DNA of 64,000 nt from Macrostomum hystrix (lineage: Eukaryota; Animalia; Platyhelminthes), in the NCBI GenBank assembly GCA_950097015.1, contig CATNEN010000003.1, forward strand, positions 14,446,001 to 14,510,000, written 5' to 3'. Made by a program: the position numbers and the translations under genes. Of the stretch, positions 1-12,640 are shown piece after piece (position 1 is the first letter of the stretch; each line of letters starts with the position of its first letter). The notes beneath the pieces are model-generated. The model searched no databases. It saw only the letters and a list, made by a program, of their open reading frames with translations, and was not told the origin of the DNA.

Positions 1-1100
1 TAGTTAGAAAGGAGAGAATAGGAGAGTGGCTGGGAGAGAGTGGGAGAGAGTGTGGGAGTGTTGGGGGAGAATGGGATAAAGGAAATGGGATAGAGAATGA
101 GAGAGATAATAAGAGAGAGAATCGGAGAAATGAGAGTGAGATAATTGGGGAATAGAGAATAGGGAATAGGAATAGAGAATAGGGAAAAGAAGAGAGAATA
201 GGAGAATGGGAGAGAGAATAGGACAATGAGAGAGGGAATTTGAGAATGACAGAGAGAATAGGAGAATAGGATAGAAAAAAAGAGAACGGGATAGAGAATA
301 GGAGAATGGGATAGAGAATAGGAGAATGGGAGAGAGAATAGGAGAATGGGATGGAGAATAGGAGAATGGGATAGAGAATAGGAGAATGGGATAGAGAATA
401 GGAGAATGGGATGGAGAATAGGAGAATGGGATAGAGAATAGGAGAATGGGATGGAGAATAGGAGAATGGGATGGAGAATAGGAGAATGGGAGAGAGAATA
501 GGAGAATGGGATTGAGAATAGGAGAATGAGATAGAGAATAGGAGAATGGGATGGAGAATAGGAGAATGGGAGAGAGAATAGGAGAATGGGATTGAGAATA
601 GGAGAATGAGATAGAGAATAGGAGAATGGGATGGAGAATAGGAGAATGGGAGAGAGAATAGGAGAATGGGATTGAGAATAGGAGAATGAGATAGAGAATA
701 GGAGAATGGGATAGAAAACAAGAGAATGGGAGAGAGAATAGGTGAATAGGAGAGAGAATAGGACAACGAGGGAGAGAATAGGAGAATGGGAGAGAGAATA
801 GGTGAATAGGAGAGAGAATAGGACAACGAGAGAGAGAATAGGAGAATGGGAGAGAGAATAGGTGAATAGGAGAGAGAATAGGACAACGAGAGAGAGAATA
901 GGAGAAATGAGAGTGAGAGAATTTAGGAATGGGAGAGAGAGAATGAGAGAGAATAGGAGAATATGAGAATAGGAGAGAGGATAGGACAATCGGAGAGAGA
1001 ATCGGAGAACGAGAGAGGGAGAGAGAGAGTAGGAAAACGGGAGAGAGAGAATGAGAATGGGAGAATATGATAATGGAATACAGAAGAAATTAGCGGAGAG
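1..1100. repeat. Purine-rich 20-bp minisatellite (GGAGAATGGGATAGAGAATA) with degenerate flanks
   Basis: 20-bp periodicity is directly visible from about 290 to 900, with degenerate GA-rich edges. The array runs off the window start. Confidence 0.95.
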
Positions 1101-1744
1101 GCATGATGAGTAAGAAACTGAGCATGCGAAATGGAACAACTTTAAAATTCGAGCATCCAATATTAGCATGTACTTTGTTTTACACATTATACAGTATTCG
1201 TATCTACCCGGATATTTTCGCCTACGTAATAGTTTTTTCTGTTTTAAATGCTCTTTCCGACCGTACTGACTGGGACGGAAGAAATTTATATGTACTTTTA
1301 TTGTTGCTGTATTGTGCGCGTTGGTTTGTTATATAACAGGTTGAGATGAGGTAGAGAAGGTGAGAAGAGATAAGAGAGGGTGAGACGAGATAAGGTATAA
1401 TAAGATGGATAGGAGAGGGCGAAATAGATAAGATAGGATGGCATGAGATAAGAGAGAGTAGCACATAATTACATTCTTGTTGTTGTGTTTCCGAAAACTT
1501 TCTGCTGTAAAAGGTGTTGCCGTTAGAATTTTTTTACGGAAAAATCAATTTTTTAAGCGCTTCTGCAGTTGGTCTTTAAGACATAAAAATTACAAAATAT
1601 AAACGAAGTATAAGATGTCCAGCCTTCTGTTGTCTGTATTTTTTTCATACATTTCGATTCTTAGTATTTTAATTTGTACCTGAGAGGCTAGGAGGAGACT
1701 TAAAATAGTGAGACAAGATGAGAGAGGGTTATAAGCGATAAGAA

Positions 1745-3810
1745 AGGGCGAGATAAGATAACTGAGGGTAAGATGAGATAACACAGGGTAAGATGCGATA
1801 ACACAGGGTGAGATGAGATAACCCAGGGTGAGATGAGATAACACAGGGTGAGATGAGATAACACAGGGTGAGATGAGATAACACAAGGGTGAGATGAGAT
1901 AACAGGGGTGAGATGAGATAACAGGGGTGAGATGAGATGACAGGGAATGAGATGAGATAACACAGGGGGTGAGATGAGATAACAGGGGTGAGATGAGATA
2001 ACAGGGGTGAGATGAGATAACAGGGGTGAGATGAGATAACAGGGGTGAGATGAGATAACAGGGGTGAGATGAGATAACAGGGGTGAGATGAGATGACAGG
2101 GAATGAGATGAGATAACACAGGGTGAGATGAGATAACAGGGGTGAGATGAGATAACAGGGGGTGAGATGAGATAACACAGGGTGAGATGAGATAACACAG
2201 GGTGAGATGAGATAACACAGGGTGACATGAGATAACACAGGGTAAGATGAGATAACACAGGGTGAGATGAGATAACAGGGAATAAGATGAGATAACACAG
2301 GGGTGAGATGAGATAACACAGGGGGTGAGATGAGATAACAGGGGTGAGATGAGATAACAGGGGTGAGATGAGATAACAGGGGTGAGATGAGATAACAGGG
2401 GTGAGATGAGATAACAGGGGTGAGATGAGATAACAGGGGTGAGATGAGATGACAGGGAATGAGATGAGATAACACAGGGGGTGAGATGAGATAACAGGGG
2501 TGAGATGAGATAACAGGGGGTGAGATGAGATAACACAGGGTGAGATGAGATAACACAGGGTGAGATGAGATAACACAGGGTGAGATGAGATAACACAGGG
2601 TGAGATGAGATAACACAGGGTGAGATGAGATAACACAGGGTGAGATGAGATAACACAGGGTGAGATGAGATAACACAGGGTGAGATGAGATAACACAGGG
2701 TGAGATGAGATAACACAGGGTGAGATGAGATAACACAGGGTGAGATGAGATAACAGGGGTGAGATGAGATAACAGGGGTGAGATGTGATAACAAGGGTTG
2801 AGATAAGATAACACAGGGGTGAGATGAGATAACAGGGGTGAGATGAGATAACAGGGGTGAGATGAGATGACAGGGAATGAGATGAGATAACACAGGGGGT
2901 GAGATGAGATAACAGGGGTGAGATGAGATAACAGGGGTGAGATGAGGTAACAGGGGTGAGATGAGATAACAGGGGTGAGATGAGATAACAGGGGTGAGAT
3001 GAGATGACAGGGAATGAGATGAGATAACACAGGGGGTGAGATGAGATAACAGGGGTGAGATGAGATAACAGGGGTGAGATGAGATAACAGGGGGTGAGAT
3101 GAGATAACAGGGGGTGAGATGAGATAACACAGGGTGAGATGAGATAACACAGGGTGAGATGAGATAACACAGGGTGAGATGAGATAACACAGGGTGAGAT
3201 GAGATAACACAGGGTGAGATGAGATAACACAGGGTGACATGAGATAACACAGGGTAAGATGAGATAACACAGGGTGAGATGAGATAACAGGGAATAAGAT
3301 GAGATAACACAGGGGTGAAATGAGATAACACAGGGGGTGAGATGAGATAACAGGGGTGACATGAGATAACAGGGGGTGAGATGAGATAACACAGGGTGAG
3401 ATGAGATAACACAGGGTGAGATGAGATAACACAGGGTGAGATGAGATAACACAGGGTGAGATGAGATAACAGGGGTGAGATGAGATAACAGGGGTGAGAT
3501 GAGATAACACAGGGTGAGATGAGATAACACAGGGTGAGATGAGATGACAGGGGTGAGATGAGATAACAGGGGGTGAGATGAGATAACACAGGGTGAGATG
3601 AGATAACACAGGGTGAGATGAGATAACACAGGGTGAGATGAGATAACACAGGGTGAGATGAGATAACACAGGGTGAGATGAGATAACAGGGAATAAGATG
3701 AGATAACACAGGGGTGAGATGAGATAACACAGGGGGTGAGATGAGATAACAGGGGTGACATGAGATAACAGGGAATGAGATGAGATAACAGGGGGTGAGA
3801 TGAGATAACA
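1745..3810. repeat. 19-22-bp minisatellite (GGGTGAGATGAGATAACACA)
   Basis: Direct tandem repeat with unit-length variants. It explains the three overlapping ~700-aa minus-strand ORFs. Confidence 0.97.
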
Positions 3811-4020
3811 TAAATGCCTGAGCAATACTGCCTTAGCACAATCAGTCATGAGAACAATGAGATATTCTACATAGCCTTTTATGATGAAAGGTTTTCGTTT
3901 CAATAAGCTAGGAGAGACTATCTTAATATTTTCAACTAATCAATAAGTGGACTAGAATGATCTATTCACATAGATATTTTTAATTGTAAAGATAGCATGA
4001 ATTTATGTGTCGGTCAAACA

Positions 4021-4228
4021 TGTCTAACAGGTGACCGCACTGTCAAACAGGTGATCCCACAGTCTAACAGGTGATCCCACTGTCTAACAGGTGACCCCAC
4101 TTTTAAACAGGTGATCCCACAAACTAACAGGTGGCCCCAGTCTCTAATTGGCGACCCCACTTTCTAACAGGTGATCCCACTGTCTAACAGGTGACCCCAT
4201 TGACTAACAGGTGACCCCACTGTCTCAC
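4021..4228. repeat. Short 20-bp minisatellite (TGTCTAACAGGTGACCCCAC), about 10 units
   Basis: Direct tandem repeat. Confidence 0.9.
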
Positions 4229-4487
4229 AAGTGATATGATGTTATGTTCTAATAGATGAATGATGTGGTTGAGTATTTGAAGTGTCGTCTTTAAAAATGC
4301 TTTTGACTTTGTTACTTGCAGTAGAAAATAAGGCAAAAAACTTTTACACGTTTTCTCAAGAAAAAAATTGTAAATTTAACCAAAAATTAAACCGAATCAA
4401 AAAGCAAATTAATTTAAAAACATTTTTTAGTACGTTAGTTTGGTCATCAAATATAACTTTCAATGTCTCAAAAAACGCGTATATTAA

Positions 4488-7468
4488 TTGGGTCATTGAT
4501 AAACTGCACCCTAGATAAGTTGGGTCATTGATAAACTCCATCCTAAATAAGTTGGGTCATTTATAAACTGCACCCTAGATAAGGTGGGTCATTGATAAAC
4601 TGCACCCTAGATGAGTTGGGTCATTGATAAACTGCGCCCTAGATAAGCTGGGTCATTGATAAACTGCATCCTAGAAAAGCTGGGTCATTGATAAACTGCG
4701 CCCTAGATAAGCTGGGTCATTGATAAACTGCATCCTAGAAAAGCTGGGTCATTGATAAACTGCATCCTAAAAAAGCTGGGTCATTGATAAACTGCATCCT
4801 AGATAAGCTGGGTCATTGATAAACTGCATCCTAGATAAGCTGGGTCATTGATAAACTGCATCCTAGATAAGCTGGGTCATTGATAAACTGCATCCTAGAT
4901 AAGCTGGGTCATTGATAAACTGCATCCTAGATAAGCTGGGTCATTGATAAACTGCATCCTAGATAAGCTGGGTCATTGATAAACTGCATCCTAGATAAGC
5001 AGGGTCATTGATAAACTGCATCTTAGATAAGCTGAGTCATTGATAAACTGCATCCTAGATAAGGTGGGTCATTGATAAACTGCATCTTAGATAAGCTGGG
5101 TCATTGATAAACTGCATCCTAGATAAGCTGGGTCATTGATAAACTGCATCCTAGATAAGCTGGGTCATTGATAAACTGCATCCTAGATAAGGTGGGTCAT
5201 TGATAAACTGCATCCTAGATAAGCTGGGTCATTGATAAACTGCATCCTAGATAAGCTGGGTCATTGATAAACTGCATCCTAGATAAGGTGGGTCATTGAT
5301 AAACTGCATCCTAGATAAGCTGGGTCATTGATAAACTGCATCCTAGATAAGCTGGGTCATTGATAAACTGCATCCTAGATAAGCTGGGTCATTGATAAAC
5401 TGCATCCTAGATAAGGTGGGTCATTGATAAACTGCATCCTAGATAAGGTGGGTCATTGATAAACTGCATCCTAGATAAGCTGGGTCATTGATAAACAGCA
5501 TCCTAGATAAGCTGAGTCATTGATAAACTGCATCCTAGATAAGCTGGGTCATTGATAAACTGCATCCTAGATAAGCTGGGTCATTGATAAACTGCATCCT
5601 AGATAAGCTGGGTCATTGATAAACTGCATCCTAGATAAGGTGGGTCATTGATAAACTGCATCCTAGATAAGCTGAGTCATTGATAAACTGCATCCTAGAT
5701 AAGCTGGGTCATTGATAAACTGCATCCTAGATAAGGTGGGTCATTGATAAACTGCATCCTAGATAAGGTGGGTCATTGATAAACTGCATCCTAGATAAGC
5801 TGGGTCATTGATAAACTGCATCCTAGATAAGGTGGGTCATTGATAAACTGCATCCTAGATAAGGTGGGTCATTGATAAACTGCATCCTAGATAAGCTGGG
5901 TCATTGATAAACTGCATCCTAGATAAGCTGGGTCATTGATAAACTGCATCCTAGATAAGGTGGGTCATTGATAAACTGCATCTTAGATAAGCTGAGTCAT
6001 TGATAAACTGCATCCTAGATAAGGTGGGTCATTGATAAACTGCATCCTAGATAAGCTGGGTCATTGATAAACTGCATCCTAGATAAGCTGGGTCATTGAT
6101 AAACTGCATCCTAGATAAGCTGGGTCATTGATAAACTGCATGCTAGATAAGCTGGGTCATTGATAAACTGCATCCTAGATAAGGTGGGTCATTGATAAAC
6201 TGCATCCTAGATAAGCTGGGTCATTGATAAACTGCATGCTAGATAAGCTGGGTCATTGATAAACTGCATCCTAGATAAGCTGGGTCATTGATAAACTGCA
6301 TCCTAGATAAGCTGGGTCATTGATAAACTGCATCCTAGATAAGCTGGGTCATTGATAAACTGCATCCTAGATAAGCTGAGTCATTGATAAACTGCATCCT
6401 AGATAAGCTGGGTCATTGATAAACTGCATCCTAGATAAGGTGGGTCATTGATAAACTGCATCCTAGATAAGCTGGGTCATTGATAAACTGCATCCTAGAT
6501 AAGGTGGGTCATTGATAAACTGCATCCTAGATAAGCTGAGTCATTGATAAACTGCATCCTAGATAAGCTGGGTCATTGATAAACTGCATCCTAGATAAGG
6601 TGGGTCATTGATAAACTGCATCCTAGATAAGGTGGGTCATTGATAAACTGCATCCTAGATAAGCTGGGTCATTGATAAACTGCATCCTAGATAAGGTGGG
6701 TCATTGATAAACTGCATCCTAGATAAGGTGGGTCATTGATAAACTGCATCCTAGATAAGCTGGGTCATTGATAAACTGCATCCTAGATAAGCTGGGTCAT
6801 TGATAAACTGCATCCTAGATAAGGTGGGTCATTGATAAACTGCATCTTAGATAAGCTGAGTCATTGATAAACTGCATCCTAGATAAGGTGGGTCATTGAT
6901 AAACTGCATCCTAGATAAGCTGGGTCATTGATAAACTGCATCCTAGATAAGCTGGGTCATTGATAAACTGCATCCTAGATAAGCTGGGTCATTGATAAAC
7001 TGCATGCTAGATAAGCTGGGTCATTGATAAACTGCATCCTAGATAAGGTGGGTCATTGATAAACTGCATCCTAGATAAGCTGGGTCATTGATAAACTGCA
7101 TGCTAGATAAGCTGGGTCATTGATAAACTGCATCCTAGATAAGCTGGGTCATTGATAAACTGCATCCTAGATAAGGTGGGTCATTGATAAACTGCATGCT
7201 TGATAAGGTGGGTCATTGATAAACTGCATGCTAGATAAGCTGGGTCATTGATAAACTGCATGCTAGATAAGCTGGGTCATTGATAAACTGCATGCTAGAT
7301 AAGCTGGGTCATTGATAAACTGCATCCTAGATAAGGTGGGTCATTGATAAACTGCATCCTAGATAAGCTGGGTCATTGATAAACTGCATGCTAGATAAGC
7401 TGGGTCATTGATAAACTGCATCCTAGATAAGCTGGGTCATTGATAAACTGCATCCTAGATGAGTTGGG
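4488..7468. repeat. 32-bp minisatellite (CTGGGTCATTGATAAACTGCATCCTAGATAAG), about 93 units
   Basis: Highly homogeneous 32-bp period. Confidence 0.97.
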
Positions 7469-7957
7469 TTTAGAATAAATATAACAAGCGTTGATCATCT
7501 CTGAAATGGCATATCATACTGCTGATATCTTGTCGACAGCACAATACTCTTTCTCAACTATTTTCTGTTTTTGTTTGCAAAGCCTCATACGTAAGATCAA
7601 AAAGTTGTGTTTAAATTTAAGAAAAATCAAATCTAAGAAAACTGCTACGCAATTGTAGCAACTCTCTAAGGAAGCTCGTTACAAGAGGTTATTTTTTACT
7701 AAAAAATGAGGACTTTCAGGTCAGCATAAAGTTTGGGATACAAAAAGGGGCTGGAAGCAATTATCTCGTGATGCTCCGCCTATTTTCAATCTTTTCTTTA
7801 ATCCGAAGCCAGTTCCCACGAAAGTTATTCAGTCCTCGATTTTCAATTTTGAGAAAAAAGATATTCTAAATCTTTATATCTTAATTCAAGCATTTCGTTT
7901 AGCGAGAAAGAGGAAATAGACCTGCAATTATAACAAAAATGTGACTACAGTGTTTGA

Positions 7958-10900
7958 AGGAGTCAGTGGCTGATTGAGGGAGACAGTGGGTGATTGAGGC
8001 AGACAGTGGGTGATTGAGGGAGACAGTGGGTGATTGAGGGAGACAGTGGCTGATTGAGGGAGACAGTGGGTGATTGAGGGAGACAGTGGCTGATTGAGGG
8101 AGACAGTGGGTGATTGAGGCAGACAGTGGGTGATTGAGGGAGACAGTGGGTGATTGAGGGAGACAGTGGGTGATTGAGGGAGACAGTGGGTGATTGAGGG
8201 AGACAGTGGGTGATTGAGGGAGACAGTGGGTGATTGAGGGAGACAGTGGGTGATTGAGGCAGACAGTGGGTGATTGAGGGAGACAGTGGGTGATTGAGGG
8301 AGACAGTGGCTGATTGAGGGAGACAGTGGGTGATTGAGGGAGACAGTGGCTGATTGAGGGAGACAGTGGGTGATTGAGGCAGACAGTGGGTGATTGAGGG
8401 AGACAGTGGGTGATTGAGGGAGACAGTGGGTGATTGAGGGAGACAGTGGGTGATTGAGGGAGACAGTGGGTGATTGAGGGAGACAGTGGGTGATTGAGGG
8501 AGACAGTGGGTGATTGAGGCAGACAGTGGGTGATTGAGGGAGACAGTGGGTGATTGAGGGAGACAGTGGGTGATTGAGGGAGACAGTGGGTGATTGAGGG
8601 AGACAGTGGGTGATTGAGGCAGACAGTGGGTGATTGAGGGAGACAGTGGGTGATTGAGGGAGACAGTGGGTGATTGAGGGAGACAGTGGGTGATTGAGGG
8701 AGACAGTGGGTGATTGAGGGAGACAGTGGGTGATTGAGGGAGACAGTGGGTGATTGAGGGAGACAGTGGGTGATTGAGGGAGACAGTGAGTGATTCAGGG
8801 AGACAGTGGGTGATTGAGGCAGACAGTGGGTGATTGAGGGAGATAGTGAGTGATTCAGGGAGACAGTGGGTGATTGAGGCAGACAGTGGATGATTGAGGG
8901 AGACAGTGGGTGATTGAGGGAGACAGTGGGTGATTCAGGGAGACAGTGGGTGATTCAGGGAGACAGTGGGTGATTGAGGGAGACAGTGGGTGATTGAGGG
9001 AGACAGTGGGTGATTGAGGGAGACAGTGGGTGATTGAGGGAGACAGTGGGTGATTGAGGGAGACAGTGGGTGATTGAGGGAGACAGTGAGTGATTGAGGG
9101 AGACAGTGGGTGATTGAGGCAGACAGTGGATGATTGAGGGAGACAGTGGGTGATTGAGGGAGACAGTGGGTGATTCAGGGAGACAGTGGGTGATTCAGGG
9201 AGACAGTGGGTGATTGAGGGAGACAGTGGGTGATTGAGGGAGACAGTGGGTGATTGAGACAGACAGTGGGTGTCTCAGGGAGTCAGTGGGTGATTGAGGC
9301 AGACAGTGGGTGATTGAGGGAGACAGTGGGTGATTGAGGGAGACAGTGGGTGATTGAGGGAGACAGTGGGTGATTGAGGCAGACAGTGGGTGATTGAGAC
9401 AGACAGTGGGTGTCTCAGGGAGTCAGTGGGTGATTGAGGCAGACAGTGGGTGATTGAGGCAGACAGTGGGTGATTGAGGCAGACAGTGGGTGATTGAGGG
9501 AGACAGTGGGTGATTGAGGGAGACAGTGGGTGATTCAGGCAGACAGTGGGTGATTGAGGGAGACAGTGGGTGATTGAGGGAGACAGTGGGTGATTGAGAC
9601 AGACAGTGGGTGTCTCAGGGAGTCAGTGGGTGATTGAGGCAGACAGTGGGTGATTGAGGGAGACAGTGGGTGATTGAGGGAGACAGTGGGTGATTGAGGG
9701 AGACAGTGGGTGATTGAGGCAGACAGTGGGTGATTGAGGCAGACAGTGGGTGATTGAGGCAGACAGTGGGTGATTGAGGGAGACAGTGGGTGATTGAGAC
9801 AGACAGTGGGTGTCTCAGGGAGTCAGTGGGTGATTGAGGCAGACAGTGGGTGATTGAGGGAGACAGTGGGTGATTGAGGGAGACAGTGGGTGATTGAGGC
9901 AGACAGTGGATGATTGAGGGAGACAGTGGGTGATTGAGGGAGACAGTGGGTGATTCAGGGAGACAGTGGGTGATTCAGGGAGACAGTGGGTGATTGAGGG
10001 AGACAGTGGGTGATTGAGGGAGACAGTGGGTGATTGAGGGAGACAGTGGGTGATTCAGGGAGACAGTGGGTGATTCAGGGAGACAGTGGGTGATTCAGGG
10101 AGACAGTGGGTGATTCAGGGAGACAGTGGGTGATTGAGGGAGACAGTGGGTGATTGAGGGAGACAGTGGGTGATTGAGACAGACAGTGGGTGTCTCAGGG
10201 AGTCAGTGGGTGATTGAGGCAGACAGTGGGTGATTGAGGGAGACAGTGGGTGATTGAGGGAGACAGTGGGTGATTGAGGGAGACAGTGGGTGATTGAGGC
10301 AGACAGTGGGTGATTGAGACAGACAGTGGGTGTCTCAGGGAGTCAGTGGGTGATTGAGGCAGACAGTGGGTGATTGAGGCAGACAGTGGGTGATTGAGGC
10401 AGACAGTGGGTGATTGAGGGAGACAGTGGGTGATTGAGGGAGACAGTGGGTGATTCAGGCAGACAGTGGGTGATTGAGGGAGACAGTGGGTGATTGAGGG
10501 AGACAGTGGGTGATTGAGACAGACAGTGGGTGTCTCAGGGAGTCAGTGGGTGATTGAGGCAGACAGTGGGTGATTGAGGGAGACAGTGGGTGATTGAGGG
10601 AGACAGTGGGTGATTGAGGGAGACAGTGGGTGATTGAGGCAGACAGTGGGTGATTGAGGCAGACAGTGGGTGATTGAGGCAGACAGTGGGTGATTGAGAC
10701 AGACAGTGGGTGATTGAGACAGACAGTGGGTGTCTCAGGGAGTCAGTGGGTGATTGAGGCAGACAGTGGGTGATTGAGGGAGACAGTGGGTGATTGAGGG
10801 AGACAGTGGGTGATTGAGGCAGACAGTGGATGATTGAGGGAGACAGTGGGTGATTGAGGGAGACAGTGGGTGATTCAGGGAGACAGTGGGTGATTCAGGG

Positions 10901-12170
10901 AGACAGTGGGTGATTGAGGGAGACAGTGGGTGATTGAGGGAGACAGTGGGTGATTGAGGGAGACAGTGGGTGATTCAGGGAGACAGTGGGTGATTCAGGG
11001 AGACAGTGGGTGATTCAGGGAGACAGTGGGTGATTGAGGCAGACAGTGGGTGATTGAGGGAGACAGTGGGTGATTGAGGGAGACAGTGGGTGATTGAGGG
11101 AGACAGTGGGTGATTGAGGGAGACAGTGGGTGATTGAGGCAGACAGTGGGTGATTGAGGGAGACAGTGGGTGATTGAGGGACACAGTGGGTGATTGAGGC
11201 AGACAGTGGGTGATTGAGACAGACAGTGGGTGTCTCAGGGAGTCAGTGGGTGATTGAGGCAGACAGTGGGTGATTGAGGGAGACAGTGGGTGATTGAGGG
11301 AGACAGTGGGTGATTGAGGCAGACAGTGGATGATTGAGGGAGACAGTGGGTGATTGAGGGAGACAGTGGGTGATTCAGGGAGACAGTGGGTGATTCAGGG
11401 AGACAGTGGGTGATTGAGGGAGACAGTGGGTGATTGAGGGAGACAGTGGGTGATTGAGGGAGACAGTGGGTGATTGAGGGAGACAGTGGGTGATTGAGGG
11501 AGACAGTGGGTGATTCAGGGAGACAGTGGGTGATTCAGGGAGACAGTGGGTGATTCAGGGAGACAGTGGGTGATTGAGGCAGACAGTGGGTGATTGAGGG
11601 AGACAGTGGGTGATTCAGGGAGACAGTGGGTGATTGAGGCAGACAGTGGGTGATTGAGGGAGACAGTGGGTGATTGAGGGAGACAGTGGGTGATTGAGGG
11701 AGACAGTGGGTGATTGAGGCAGACAGTGGGTGATTGAGGGAGACAGTGGGTGATTGAGGGACACAGTGGGTGATTGAGGCAGACAGTGGGTGATTGAGGG
11801 AGACAGTGGGTGATTGAGGGAGACAGTGGGTGATTGAGGGAGACAGTGGGTGATTCAGGGAGACAGTGGGTGATTGAGGCAGACAGTGGGTGATTGAGGG
11901 AGACAGTGGGTGATTGAGGGAGACAGTGGGTGATTCAGGGAGACAGTGGGTGATTGAGACAGACAGTGGGTGATTGAGGGAGACAGTGGGTGATTGAGGG
12001 AGACAGTGGGTGATTGAGGGAGACAGTGGGTGATTGAGGCAGACAGTGGGTGATTGAGGGAGACAGTGGGTGATTCAGGGAGACAGTGGGTGTTTGAGGG
12101 AGACAGTGGGTGATTGAGGGACACAGTGGGTGATTGAGGCAGACAGTGGGTGATTCAGGGAGACAGTGGG
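7958..12170. repeat. 20-bp G-rich minisatellite (AGACAGTGGGTGATTGAGGG), about 210 units
   Basis: Strict 20-bp register with no indels across 4.2 kb. Confidence 0.97.
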
Positions 12171-12640
12171 TTATTGTGGGATATGGTAGGATATTGTGAT
12201 AGTTTGAGTGAAAAAGTTGGCAATAAATAGGAGTGAATTGAGATATCTGTTAATGTTCGTGAGAAACGATTTAGTGTGAGAATGAGTTAAAGTCAAATAT
12301 GACTGATGAGTCTGATTTTGAAAGCCAGTTAAGCAAAATTTAATCAATATAAAATAGATGAAAATTGCGAAAAACTAGAAAAGAGATCGGGTGTTACAGA
12401 AACTTCCTCCCGTTCTAGCCAATACTTCATCATTTTCCCAGTCTCCCAGCTCAGTTGATATCGGCGAATTCTGATTCGCTGATTGAGTCTGATCTCTACC
12501 CAAACACTCTGGCCGCGAGAGCACAAGACTCACAGAGGAAAACCTCGGCCTCACAACTGTTTACTCTGTCTCATCCTAAACAGTCTCCTAGCTTCATCAT
12601 TGACTCAGTGGACTCAAATCTAAAAAAAAAAATCCTTGAC

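Noticed and set aside
1590-3903. Three ~700-aa minus-strand ORFs
   Set aside because: They are translations of a minisatellite whose minus strand lacks stop codons. Being open in all three frames argues against coding.
4488-7468. CRISPR-like 32-bp repeats (also 53428-57802)
   Set aside because: They are head-to-tail with no unique spacers, there are no cas genes, and the context is eukaryotic.
12455-12640. N-terminal extension of the GPCR from a TTG start
   Set aside because: The start is non-ATG in a eukaryote. ATG 12641 gives a normal short glycosylated N-terminus.
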